The position numbers and the translations under genes were made by a program. This document shows, in pieces, positions 10,197 through 18,661 of a DNA stretch of 64,000 nucleotides. The notes below the pieces were generated by a model. That model saw only the letters and a list, made by a program, of their open reading frames with translations, was not told where the DNA came from and did no database searches. This stretch comes from a bacterium (GTDB lineage Bacteria > Electryoneota > Electryoneia > Electryoneales > Electryoneaceae), in the NCBI GenBank assembly GCA_963675295.2, contig CAXXKJ010000002.1:2336001-2400000 (forward strand). Reading direction: 5' to 3'. Each line of letters starts with the position of its first letter. Positions within the stretch are counted from its first letter, which is position 1.

Positions 10197-11033
10197 TCAT
10201 TCCGCGAACACCCGCGCCCAGAAGTCGACCATGAAGTCCCAGGAATACTTATCCGCTGTCTTGTTGTAGGCTGCGCCCTTGCTCGGATCGTTCCCGGCCA
10301 TTGGCTGGGTGAAGGCGTGGACGGCGTTGGCGTATTCGACGAAGATGTAACTCACGTCGGCGTCGTCCATGTTCTGCTTGAACGTGTCGACGTCGGTCTT
10401 GGGGACGTGCGGATCGTCCGCGCCGTGTTGCACAAGGACTTCGCAGGTCATCGCGTCAGCCATACCAGCGGTGATGGGGGACAGGCCGCCGTGGAAGGAG
10501 ACAATTCCGCGCAGATCCGCGCCGGTTCCGGCGAGCATCAATGAGGCCGTTCCGCCGAAGCAGTAGCCCATCGCGCCGGCACGGGAACCGTCCACCTGCT
10601 CGAACGAACGCAGGAACTCCAGTGATCCGGCGGTGTTCCGTTGAAACAGCTCCGGGTTCTGGTAGAACTGGCCGGCCTGCTGCGCGGCTTCGTCCCGGTT
10701 GGCCGGACGTATGCCCTCACCGTACAAATCCGCTGCCAGCACGAAGTAGCCGAGCTCCGCGACCTCACGTGCGCGGCGTTTCTCGTAGTCGGTCAAACCC
10801 ATCCACTGGTGGAAGATGACGACGCCGGGCATTGGGGTGGCTGCATGCTGGTCGTAGGCGATGAAGCCTTCGAAGGACTGCTCGCCGACGGTGTAGCGGA
10901 CGGTTTCGGTGTGGATGCTCATCGCGTGGTCTTTCGGGCTGGTGATGACGGTCTGCGCGGTCGCGCTGGTTGCCAGCAGGACTGTGGCGGCGAGCGCAAT
11001 GACGGCGGTGATGATGGTAGTACGTATCTGCAT
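10197..11033 (-). CDS. Dienelactone hydrolase family protein, secreted
   Basis: GYCFGG nucleophile motif, HGADD and HAF; signal peptide from MQIRTT. Confidence 0.9.
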   Translation of the reverse strand: MQIRTTIITAVIALAATVLLATSATAQTVITSPKDHAMSIHTETVRYTVGEQSFEGFIAYDQHAATPMPGVVIFHQWMGLTDYEKRRAREVAELGYFVLAADLYGEGIRPANRDEAAQQAGQFYQNPELFQRNTAGSLEFLRSFEQVDGSRAGAMGYCFGGTASLMLAGTGADLRGIVSFHGGLSPITAGMADAMTCEVLVQHGADDPHVPKTDVDTFKQNMDDADVSYIFVEYANAVHAFTQPMAGNDPSKGAAYNKTADKYSWDFMVDFWARVFAE

Positions 11034-11139
11034 TGGACCCTCCTGGTTCTCGTGGTGAATCGGAGAAACATACGGCGGATCGGAGAATCTGTTGAAGTGG
11101 AATGTGAAGGGATGGGGGAGGGGAGAGTTAGGCGGGGTG

Positions 11140-11372
11140 AACAAAAGAGATGTGAAATTTGAAATGTGAGAACACAAGGTTTGAGGTGTGATGTGTGAGG
11201 TATGAGGAAAAGAAAACTGCCACAGACTTGCGTCCATGGCAGTTGATCAATTGTCTGTATCGACAGGTTGCAGGTGCGGAAGACGCAACGAACGCTACTG
11301 TTGGATCTTTTACGTCTGCTACGCCGCTTGCGTCTTTTACCTCCGTTGCGTCCTTTGCGTCAGTTGCCTCCC
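11140..11372. repeat. Intergenic simple repeats (TGTGA(A/G)-type heptamers and TTGCGTC-core nonamers) plus a degenerate family A palindrome at 11215-11244
   Basis: Seen directly; the nonamer is the reverse complement of the GACGCAAxA array at 39211. Confidence 0.6.
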
Positions 11373-11373
11373 G

Positions 11374-12735
11374 TCACTTCACGAGCATCCTCGCATCGGG
11401 TGCGATCAGTGTCCAGCCGCGGTTGATGATGCCGAGGGACTTGACCGGCAGTTGCCAGCCGCCGAACGGGGTGTTGTGTCCCTTGGTGAAGAACCGTGCG
11501 GAATCCACGGTCCAGATGGCTTCCGGGTCGACAATGGTCAGGTCGGCGGCGGAGCCTACTGAGATCGGCGCTGCAGGCAGCTCGAGGATCTCGCGTGGAC
11601 GCACGGCGAGCAGCGTGATCAGCTTGTTCCAGTCGGGTTTGCCGTTGCCAAGCACCTTGGCCAGAACGCCGAGGGCGGTTTCGAGGCCGACGACACCGTC
11701 CGGCACGAGACTGTATTCAACGAGGCACTCTTCGTCGGTGAGCGGCATGTGGTCGGCGGCGACGGCGTCGATGGTGCCGTCCGTGATCGCCGCGATCAGA
11801 GCGTCTTTATCGCGCTTGCTGCCTAACGGCGGCGAGGTCTTGAAGTTGCCGTCGAAGGTTTCGGTGGCTTCGTCGGTCAGTGCGATGTGATGCGGGGTGG
11901 TGTCGCAGGTGACCTTGACGCCGCGTTCGCGGGCCCACCGGATCAGGTCGAGTGACTCGACGCTGGAGACCGCTTCGAGGTGCAGCTTGGAGCCGGTGTG
12001 CAATGCGAGCAGCAGCGACTTGGCGACGGCCATGGATTCAGCGATGGACGGCCACGGTTTCTGGCCGAGGCGTGTCGAAACCGGTCCCTCGCGCACGACC
12101 CCTCCGGCGGCGAGGCTGGTTTCCTGCGCGCGGCTGGAGATGGTGAGGTTGTGCAATTTCATGTATTCCAGGGCGCGACGCATGATCTCAGGGGTTGCCG
12201 CAGGACGGCCGGTGTCGCTGAAGACTCGGACGCCCATATGGAAGATGTCGTCCACGTCGGTGAGGCGTCGGCCTTCGTCATCCCGGGCGACCGAGGCGAC
12301 CGGAACCACATTCACCGGCGAACCGCTGGTTTGATCCTGGATCCACTTGACGATGCCGGCGTTGTCGATGTACGGGTCGGTGTCCGGCGTGATTGAGACG
12401 CCGGTATAGCCGCCCGCCGCCGCCGCGCAGATGCCGGTGGTCAGGGTTTCACGGTCTTCGTGACCGGGCTGGCCGAAGTGTGCGTGCATGTCCTGGAACC
12501 CGGGCGCGAGGATCTTGTCGCGCAGGTCGAGTTCAACGTAACCCTTCAGTTCATCACGGTTGATCTTGCCGATTTTGGTGATCTTGCCACGGTCAATCAG
12601 CACGTCCGCGGTCTTGTCGAGTCCGGTGGCCGGATCAATCAGGCGCGCGCCGTGCAGGATGAGGGTCTGTGTGCGTTGCACCAGCCAGTCGTGGCTTTTC
12701 AGGAGGTCGGTACCCTGTTTGCTTCGCCAGCTCAT
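11374..12735 (-). CDS. pyrC: Dihydroorotase-like protein, probably inactive PyrC'
   Basis: Type I DHOase fold motifs (DMHAH, AAAAGGYT, PHHIAL, GVVGLET) downstream of pyrB; several catalytic residues are substituted. Confidence 0.85.
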   Translation of the reverse strand: MSWRSKQGTDLLKSHDWLVQRTQTLILHGARLIDPATGLDKTADVLIDRGKITKIGKINRDELKGYVELDLRDKILAPGFQDMHAHFGQPGHEDRETLTTGICAAAAGGYTGVSITPDTDPYIDNAGIVKWIQDQTSGSPVNVVPVASVARDDEGRRLTDVDDIFHMGVRVFSDTGRPAATPEIMRRALEYMKLHNLTISSRAQETSLAAGGVVREGPVSTRLGQKPWPSIAESMAVAKSLLLALHTGSKLHLEAVSSVESLDLIRWARERGVKVTCDTTPHHIALTDEATETFDGNFKTSPPLGSKRDKDALIAAITDGTIDAVAADHMPLTDEECLVEYSLVPDGVVGLETALGVLAKVLGNGKPDWNKLITLLAVRPREILELPAAPISVGSAADLTIVDPEAIWTVDSARFFTKGHNTPFGGWQLPVKSLGIINRGWTLIAPDARMLVK

Positions 12736-13655
12736 TTTTCACCTCCCGCGATCAGGTACAGAATGGCCATGCGCACCGCGACACCGTTCGTCACCTGTTG
12801 CAGGATGACGCTGTGCGGTCCGTCCGCGACGTCGGCGTCCAATTCGAGCCCGCGATTGATCGGGCCGGGGTGGAGGATGGTCAGGGGTTTGTTTGATGCG
12901 GCCAACCGTTCGGATGTGACGCCGAATGTCTGGTGATATTCACGCTTTGACGGGAACAGTCCGGAATCCTGGCGTTCGAGCTGGATGCGCAGCACGTTGA
13001 GCACGTCCGACTTGGCAATCGCTTCGTCGAGATCATGGTACACCTTGACGCCGAGATCCTCGATGTCGCGCGGGATCAGGGTTGGCGGTCCGCAAACGGC
13101 GACCTGCGCGCCCATGGTGGTGAGGCCGTAGATGTTCGACAGGGCGACGCGGCTGTGCGAAATGTCGCCGACGAGGGTGACACGCAGCTTGTTGAAGTCG
13201 CCGTAGACCTCACGCAGCGTCATCATGTCGAGCAGCGCCTGGGTCGGGTGTTCGTGCGCGCCGTCGCCGGCGTTGATCACCTTCGAGTCGCAGTATTTCG
13301 CGAGCAGGTTCGGTGCGCCGGGCAGCGGGTGCCGCATGACGACGAGGTCGATTTTCATCGCCTCGAGGTTGCGGATGGTATCGATCAGCGTTTCGCCCTT
13401 GTTGACGGAAGAGGCGGAGGCGCTGAAATTGACGACATCCGCGCTGAGGCGTTTTTCGGCGAGTTCGAAGCTGATGCGGGTTCGGGTTGAGTTTTCGAAG
13501 AAGGCGTTGACGACGGTAACATGCCGCAGGGTCGGGACTTTCGGCACCGGCCGGCTGAGGATTTCCTTGAACGCAACAGCGGAATCGAGGATCGCGGTGA
13601 TGTCCTCAGCGGGAACGTCGCGCAGGCCCAGCAGGTGCGTGGATTTCAAGGCCAT
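12732..13655 (-). CDS. pyrB: Aspartate carbamoyltransferase catalytic subunit
   Basis: FFENSTRTRISFE, NAGDGAHEHPTQALLD, RIQLER and HPGPINRG. Confidence 0.97.
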   Translation of the reverse strand: MALKSTHLLGLRDVPAEDITAILDSAVAFKEILSRPVPKVPTLRHVTVVNAFFENSTRTRISFELAEKRLSADVVNFSASASSVNKGETLIDTIRNLEAMKIDLVVMRHPLPGAPNLLAKYCDSKVINAGDGAHEHPTQALLDMMTLREVYGDFNKLRVTLVGDISHSRVALSNIYGLTTMGAQVAVCGPPTLIPRDIEDLGVKVYHDLDEAIAKSDVLNVLRIQLERQDSGLFPSKREYHQTFGVTSERLAASNKPLTILHPGPINRGLELDADVADGPHSVILQQVTNGVAVRMAILYLIAGGEK

Positions 13656-13706
13656 CAGGCGCACCCTCCATGCATCGGGTGTACGGGGTTTGCGTGGCGG
13701 ATGGTG

Positions 13707-14261
13707 CTAATCATCGGCCCGTCCTCCTCGCATCAGGACAACTTCGTCGGACCCGTCCATCTCCTTCATGTGGACCTGAACATTCTCCGAGCTGGATGTC
13801 GGGATGTTCTTGCCGACAAAATCGGCCTTGATCGGCAGTTCGCGGTGTCCGCGGTCGACGAGCACGGCCAGTTGCACGCGTGACGGGCGGCCGTAGGCCA
13901 TCAAGGCGTCCAGCGCGGCGCGTGAGGTGCGGCCGGTGTAGAGGACGTCGTCCACCAGCAGCACGGTGCAGCCGTCAATGTCGAACGGGATTTCGGTCAC
14001 CTGCATGCCCGGGCCGACTTTGCGGGTGCGGAAATCATCCCGGTACATGGTCACATCGAGCACTCCGGTGGTGAGTTCGCGGCCGACGATCTCGCTCATT
14101 TGTTTGGCGATCCGTTCCGCCACATGCACGCCGCGCGACCGGATTCCGACGATGCCGAGGTGGTCGACACCCCGGTTCCGTTCGATGATCTCATGCGCCA
14201 GCCGTGCGATGGAACGTTGAATGTCCATCTCATCCATGAGACGGACTTCCTTTTCCGGCAT
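13707..14261 (-). CDS. pyrR: Pyrimidine operon attenuation protein / UPRTase PyrR
   Basis: LDVTMYRDD, LVDDVLYTGRT and VDRGHRELPIKADFVGKN; start ATG at 14261 follows GAGGAGG. Confidence 0.96.
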   Translation of the reverse strand: MPEKEVRLMDEMDIQRSIARLAHEIIERNRGVDHLGIVGIRSRGVHVAERIAKQMSEIVGRELTTGVLDVTMYRDDFRTRKVGPGMQVTEIPFDIDGCTVLLVDDVLYTGRTSRAALDALMAYGRPSRVQLAVLVDRGHRELPIKADFVGKNIPTSSSENVQVHMKEMDGSDEVVLMRGGRADD

Positions 14262-14452
14262 TGGCTCCTCCTCGTGGTGGTGTATTCCAAGCCTGTATCT
14301 GTGGTTAGACTGATGTCCGTGTTTCGTCGTGAAGCATGTTCCGGCCCGATCTTGCATACAGGTGCGGATGATCCCTGCTGGCGGAGCCATCAGGGGCACA
14401 TGCAAGGTGGCCGTGTCTGTTTGCAGACGCGGACGTGAGAATCTTTGGTTCA

Positions 14453-14475
14453 GCCCAGACATAAATGTCTGGGGC
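14453..14475. repeat. REP-like palindrome, family B
   Basis: GCCCAGACATAAATGTCTGGGGC. Confidence 0.8.
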
Positions 14476-14565
14476 ACGTACGGGAAACGGTTGATCATCC
14501 GCGACATGCATGTCGTGGGCATGCAGCTGATCAGAGTACCGGTCGGGGATGGGGGAATCTGAGAC

Positions 14566-14595
14566 AAAAAAAGCGCCATCCCCAGTGGGACGCGC
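14566..14595 (-). terminator. Attenuator terminator of the pyrR leader
   Basis: Minus strand reads GCGCGTCCC-ACTG-GGGATGGCGC followed by T7, downstream of the PyrR-binding hairpin. Confidence 0.7.
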
Positions 14596-14671
14596 ATCGG
14601 CAGGCGGCTCGAACGGTCTGGTGGCGGTTGGGCCACTCACGTTTCGGGTCCGGGTGGTGCCCGGTGAACGT

Positions 14672-14706
14672 CCCTTGTCCGTCTCTCCGGACGGGCTTAA
14701 AGGGTC
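14672..14706 (-). promoter_or_regulatory. PyrR-binding RNA hairpin (anti-antiterminator)
   Basis: Minus strand reads CCCTTTAAGCCCGTCCGGAGAGACGGACAAGGG, fitting the UUUAA...GUCCnGnGAG PyrR loop consensus, upstream of pyrR-pyrB-pyrC. Confidence 0.8.
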
Positions 14707-14802
14707 GAACAAGAAGATAGCGGCTGCCTCGGCGGAGGACAAGGACGGCTCGCGGGGAATCGGTGTGAGAGCGGGTAAAATGAGCGGAGAACGTAAGCGG
14801 AA

Positions 14803-15444
14803 TCAGGGGTTACGGCGTTTACGTGCCGCCTCTCGGCCCCGCTTGGCGACATGCGGCCAGATGCCGAACGCCTTCGCGGTGAGCTCATTGATGTCGCCGT
14901 CATTGCGGATGGTGAAGTCGCTGTGCTTGCTCTTGGTCAATGCCGGGATCTGCATCTTGTAGCGCTGCATCATCTCTTCGACGGTGAGGCCCATACGTAC
15001 GGCGGCACGTTCCGCGCCCCGGTGCGGATCGACGATGACGGTGACGAGGACGTCGTAGCGGTCCTGATCTTCCCATTCGAAGATCATCGCGGCGTCGACC
15101 ATGGCGATTTTTCCGGCGTCGAGCGTTTCGGCGATTTCTTTCTCGAGACGGGTACGGATGTGCGGCCAGCTGGCGGCGTTGAGGTCGTTGCGGGCTTGTT
15201 CATCGGAAAAGACCAGCCGTCCAAGGGCGGCGCGGTCGAGCGTATCGCCGGACCAGACGTCGTCGCCGAAGCGATCCTTGAGCCACGCGCGGAACTCGGT
15301 GGAGTGTTCGACGACCTCACGGCCGAGGCGGTCTCCTTCGATGATTCGTGCGTTGTAGCGCGACCACAGGTTGGCGACCGTGGATTTGCCGCTTCCGATG
15401 TTCCCGGTCACCCCGACGATGAACGGGAAAGGCTCTGGTTTCAT
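14803..15444 (-). CDS. coaE: Dephospho-CoA kinase
   Basis: VGVTGNIGSGKSTVA, LDRAALGRLVF and terminal IRNDG. Confidence 0.92.
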   Translation of the reverse strand: MKPEPFPFIVGVTGNIGSGKSTVANLWSRYNARIIEGDRLGREVVEHSTEFRAWLKDRFGDDVWSGDTLDRAALGRLVFSDEQARNDLNAASWPHIRTRLEKEIAETLDAGKIAMVDAAMIFEWEDQDRYDVLVTVIVDPHRGAERAAVRMGLTVEEMMQRYKMQIPALTKSKHSDFTIRNDGDINELTAKAFGIWPHVAKRGREAARKRRNP

Positions 15445-18400
15445 GAGATCGCGGCTTCGATTTGTTCGGCCAGTTTCTCGAGATCAGGATCTGCCGGAGA
15501 TTGCTGGCGCAAACGGTTTAGCATCGCTCGAGCGTGATCGTACTTGCCCTGCCCGATTTGCAGCCGGATCAGGGTCTTGGACACCGGTCCGCGGTACTCC
15601 TCGGGCGCGGTTTCGTCACGCTTGGGCGGCGGTGGGGGGGTGCGTTTCGGACGTGCTGCCATCCCGGCCGGTTCGGGCTTCGGCTTGGGTTTGGCCTGCG
15701 CGGCGGGGGGCGGTGGAGCGGGCGCCGGAGTTGGGCGTTTTTCCGGAGCTGGCGGTGGTGTCGGCTCAGTGGCCGTTGACGGTTCGCGCGCGGCTCCGGA
15801 TTGCGGCTCCGGAGTGGACTTCGCCTGCAGTTCGGACACGCGGGGCGCTTCCGGTTCCGGCTGCGATTGTTTAGGAGCACTTGCTTCCGGCCTGGGGACC
15901 TCGGGTTCGCCGGCTTCCGGTTGTTCCGGTGCTGGTTCAGCTTCGAGTTCTGCCGGTGCAGGTTCGGAATCGGCGATGTCGTCGGCGTCAGCCTGTTGCG
16001 CGTCCGGTTCGCCGCCGGACTTGGACATGCCGTACGGTTCGAACTCGTCGTCGTGTGGCGTGGCGGCCTCGGACAGGTCGTTGGTTTCGTCCTCCGCTTC
16101 GGGCTGGTCCTCGAGGCTTTCGACCTCATCCTCAACACGTGAAGGCGCCATTGAAAAGGAGGATCTGCGTGCGAGTTCTTCTTCTGTCAGTTCCGGGACC
16201 TTTTCTTCCGGTTGCTTCAGGCCCTCGGTGATGTTGTCATCGGCCGTGGTTTCAGCGGCAGGTTCGGCGGTTTCCTCGGCGCTTTTCGCGGGGTCGGCAT
16301 CCTCTTCGGCTTGTGGTTTGGACGCGTATTTGCCAATTTCCACCGGTTTCTGGCTGCCTGGTTTGCCACGACGCTTGCTGGCGAACTGTGAAATGAGATC
16401 GTCCAGATCTTCCTGGCTCGCCGGCTTCTTCGGAATCGATGCCTCCGGCATGGGGGGGCGTTCCTGCGCTGCCGAAGCGGCCGGTTTCTCGAGTTCCCTG
16501 CCGGATTCGGAAGGTGTATTCGCAGCTGGTACGTCGGATGCGCCATCGTCTGCTTGCGCAGTCAGCTCAGCGTCAGGCTCGGCCGCAACCGGTTCATCCT
16601 TCGCGGATTCCTCGGCAACAGATTGATCCTCAACCGGCTCTTCCGCTTCCACTGCCGGTTCGGGTTCGACGCTTTTCTTCGGAGACTTGCTGCCCGCCTT
16701 GAACGCCGCCATCAGCTCATCGAGCGAATTCTGGTCCAACGGACCGGCCGGTGCGGCGGGCGCTTCAGGCTCGCTGGGCTCGGGTTCAGTTTCTTCCGCC
16801 GCAGCTTGCTCTGGTTCCTCGCTGGACTCGGGTTCTTCGCCAGCTTCCGGTTTTGCGTCCCCGGCAGCAGTGTCCGAGGAGGATTCCGGTTTGGAGGATC
16901 CGGCCTTGAACGACGCCATCAGAGCGTCCAGATCGCCCTGGTTCATTGGTCCGGATGGAGCGGCGGGTTCGTCTTTTTCCACAGTTGGCTCTGACGCGGG
17001 AGCTGCCTTGGACTCCTCAGCCGTTGGTGCTGCCTCGATGGCTGCGTCGGGGGCTTCCGCCACGGGCTCGTTGTCGGTTTTGGACAAGGTCTCGCTGGAT
17101 TCCTCGCTGCTGCCGGCAGAGGATTCCGGCTTTGCCTGACCGGACTGGAACTGGGCGAGCAACGCATCCAGGTCGGACTGGTTCAACGCGCCGGAGCTTT
17201 GCTTTTCCGGTTCGGATTCCGGTTTGGGCTCTTCGACGGCCGCCTTGGGAACCTCAATCTCGGCTACTGGTTCGTCTTCCGGTTCGGCGGCGGCTTCCGC
17301 TTCAGATTCTGTGGCCGCTTCAACATCGGATTCAGCACGATCACCGGCTGTGGCTGCTTCCTCCTCGGATTGTTCCGATTCGGATTCATCCGTGTCTTCC
17401 GCCTTGGCGGGTTCATGGATTTCCGGAATGGTCGCTTCGAGGTCGGGGTCCTCGACGAGTACGAGCTCGTCTTCCTTCAGCTCAGTCAGCACCTGCTTGA
17501 AGTCGACGACATGCTCAAGCGACTGTCCGCCCAGTTTCACCGCGTTTTCGAGAGGAGTCGGAATTGGTTCTTGTTCTGCTTCTTCGGTGTCGTCGCCGGA
17601 CCCTTCGCTCATTAACTCAGCGAGCATCGCCTCGACCCCAACCTCCTCTTCATCATCACCGTCAACGGTCGCGGGTTTGTTCGTGGTTTCAGCTTGAGGC
17701 GGGGTGGATTGTGCTTCCTCCGCGACGGTTTCGGGTTCCGTCTCCACGGCTGGAGCTTCCTCCGCGTCCTGATCTCTGGCAGCGTCATCGACGGATTCCG
17801 CGGCGGGTTCGGCTGAGTCGGTTTCGGGATCCGTCTCGGGCGCGGACGGTTTCGGCTCGACGGGTTCGGTGTGTTGAATCAGGTTGCTGTCGGGATCGTA
17901 ATCCTTGTCCTCAGCTTCCGCTTCCGCTCCGTCGGTCTCGTCTTTAGTGCCCGCTCCGTTGCTGGATTCCTCAGCCGCTTTCTGCCCGGGCAGCTTGAAT
18001 TCTTCGACTTGTTCGTCGTCGTCGTTGGAAGGGAGGCGGGCGATCATCTGAGTAACGAGCGAATCGTCCACATCGGGCGTGAACTGTTTCGGCAGCGGTG
18101 CCCGTTCCGGCAACAAGTCCAGCTCTTTGCTGACCACTGTTGACAGTCCACCGATTTCGGTGATGTCACCGGGGTGCCAGTCGTCCTGCCACTCAAAATC
18201 ATCACCGAACAGTTGCTTCATCGTCCAGTGGACGAGTTCTTTCTGTTTCTGTTCGGTTTCGCTATCGGAAGGACTGAGTTCGTAGAGCCGTGTGTGTGCA
18301 GCGTATTCGAGGTCGGTACGTCCGAGCAGGTGCAGCAGTTCAACGTAGGCCTTGCGTGCCCGCAGGTTCAGCGGATCGAGCCGCAGCACTTCTTCGTAGG

Positions 18401-18623
18401 ATTTGAGTGATCCCTCGGCGTCTTTCAGGCGCCCTTGCGCCTGTGCAAGTAGCAGGTGTGCGGTTGAGTTCTCAGCGTCGGACTCGAGCCCATTGATCAG
18501 ACGGTTTCGTGCTTCCCTGGTTTTTCCCATCTGGAGTTCGAGGTCCGCGAGCCGGACGTAGAGGATCGGATTCCTCTTGACCAGCTTTTTCAGCCGTTTG
18601 TATTCCGCTTTTAAACGACTCAT
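15441..18623 (-). CDS. Large TPR protein with an about 800-aa acidic disordered linker and a C-terminal TPR-like helix pair
   Basis: N-terminal TPRs (AHLLLAQAQ...YEEVLRLDPLN), E/A/P/S-rich middle and C-terminal SKTLIRLQIGQGKYDHARAML; its stop overlaps the coaE start. Confidence 0.8.
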   Translation of the reverse strand: MSRLKAEYKRLKKLVKRNPILYVRLADLELQMGKTREARNRLINGLESDAENSTAHLLLAQAQGRLKDAEGSLKSYEEVLRLDPLNLRARKAYVELLHLLGRTDLEYAAHTRLYELSPSDSETEQKQKELVHWTMKQLFGDDFEWQDDWHPGDITEIGGLSTVVSKELDLLPERAPLPKQFTPDVDDSLVTQMIARLPSNDDDEQVEEFKLPGQKAAEESSNGAGTKDETDGAEAEAEDKDYDPDSNLIQHTEPVEPKPSAPETDPETDSAEPAAESVDDAARDQDAEEAPAVETEPETVAEEAQSTPPQAETTNKPATVDGDDEEEVGVEAMLAELMSEGSGDDTEEAEQEPIPTPLENAVKLGGQSLEHVVDFKQVLTELKEDELVLVEDPDLEATIPEIHEPAKAEDTDESESEQSEEEAATAGDRAESDVEAATESEAEAAAEPEDEPVAEIEVPKAAVEEPKPESEPEKQSSGALNQSDLDALLAQFQSGQAKPESSAGSSEESSETLSKTDNEPVAEAPDAAIEAAPTAEESKAAPASEPTVEKDEPAAPSGPMNQGDLDALMASFKAGSSKPESSSDTAAGDAKPEAGEEPESSEEPEQAAAEETEPEPSEPEAPAAPAGPLDQNSLDELMAAFKAGSKSPKKSVEPEPAVEAEEPVEDQSVAEESAKDEPVAAEPDAELTAQADDGASDVPAANTPSESGRELEKPAASAAQERPPMPEASIPKKPASQEDLDDLISQFASKRRGKPGSQKPVEIGKYASKPQAEEDADPAKSAEETAEPAAETTADDNITEGLKQPEEKVPELTEEELARRSSFSMAPSRVEDEVESLEDQPEAEDETNDLSEAATPHDDEFEPYGMSKSGGEPDAQQADADDIADSEPAPAELEAEPAPEQPEAGEPEVPRPEASAPKQSQPEPEAPRVSELQAKSTPEPQSGAAREPSTATEPTPPPAPEKRPTPAPAPPPPAAQAKPKPKPEPAGMAARPKRTPPPPPKRDETAPEEYRGPVSKTLIRLQIGQGKYDHARAMLNRLRQQSPADPDLEKLAEQIEAAIS

Positions 18624-18661
18624 CGCAATCGCAGCTTCGTTGGTGGAGGGGAAGCAACAAG

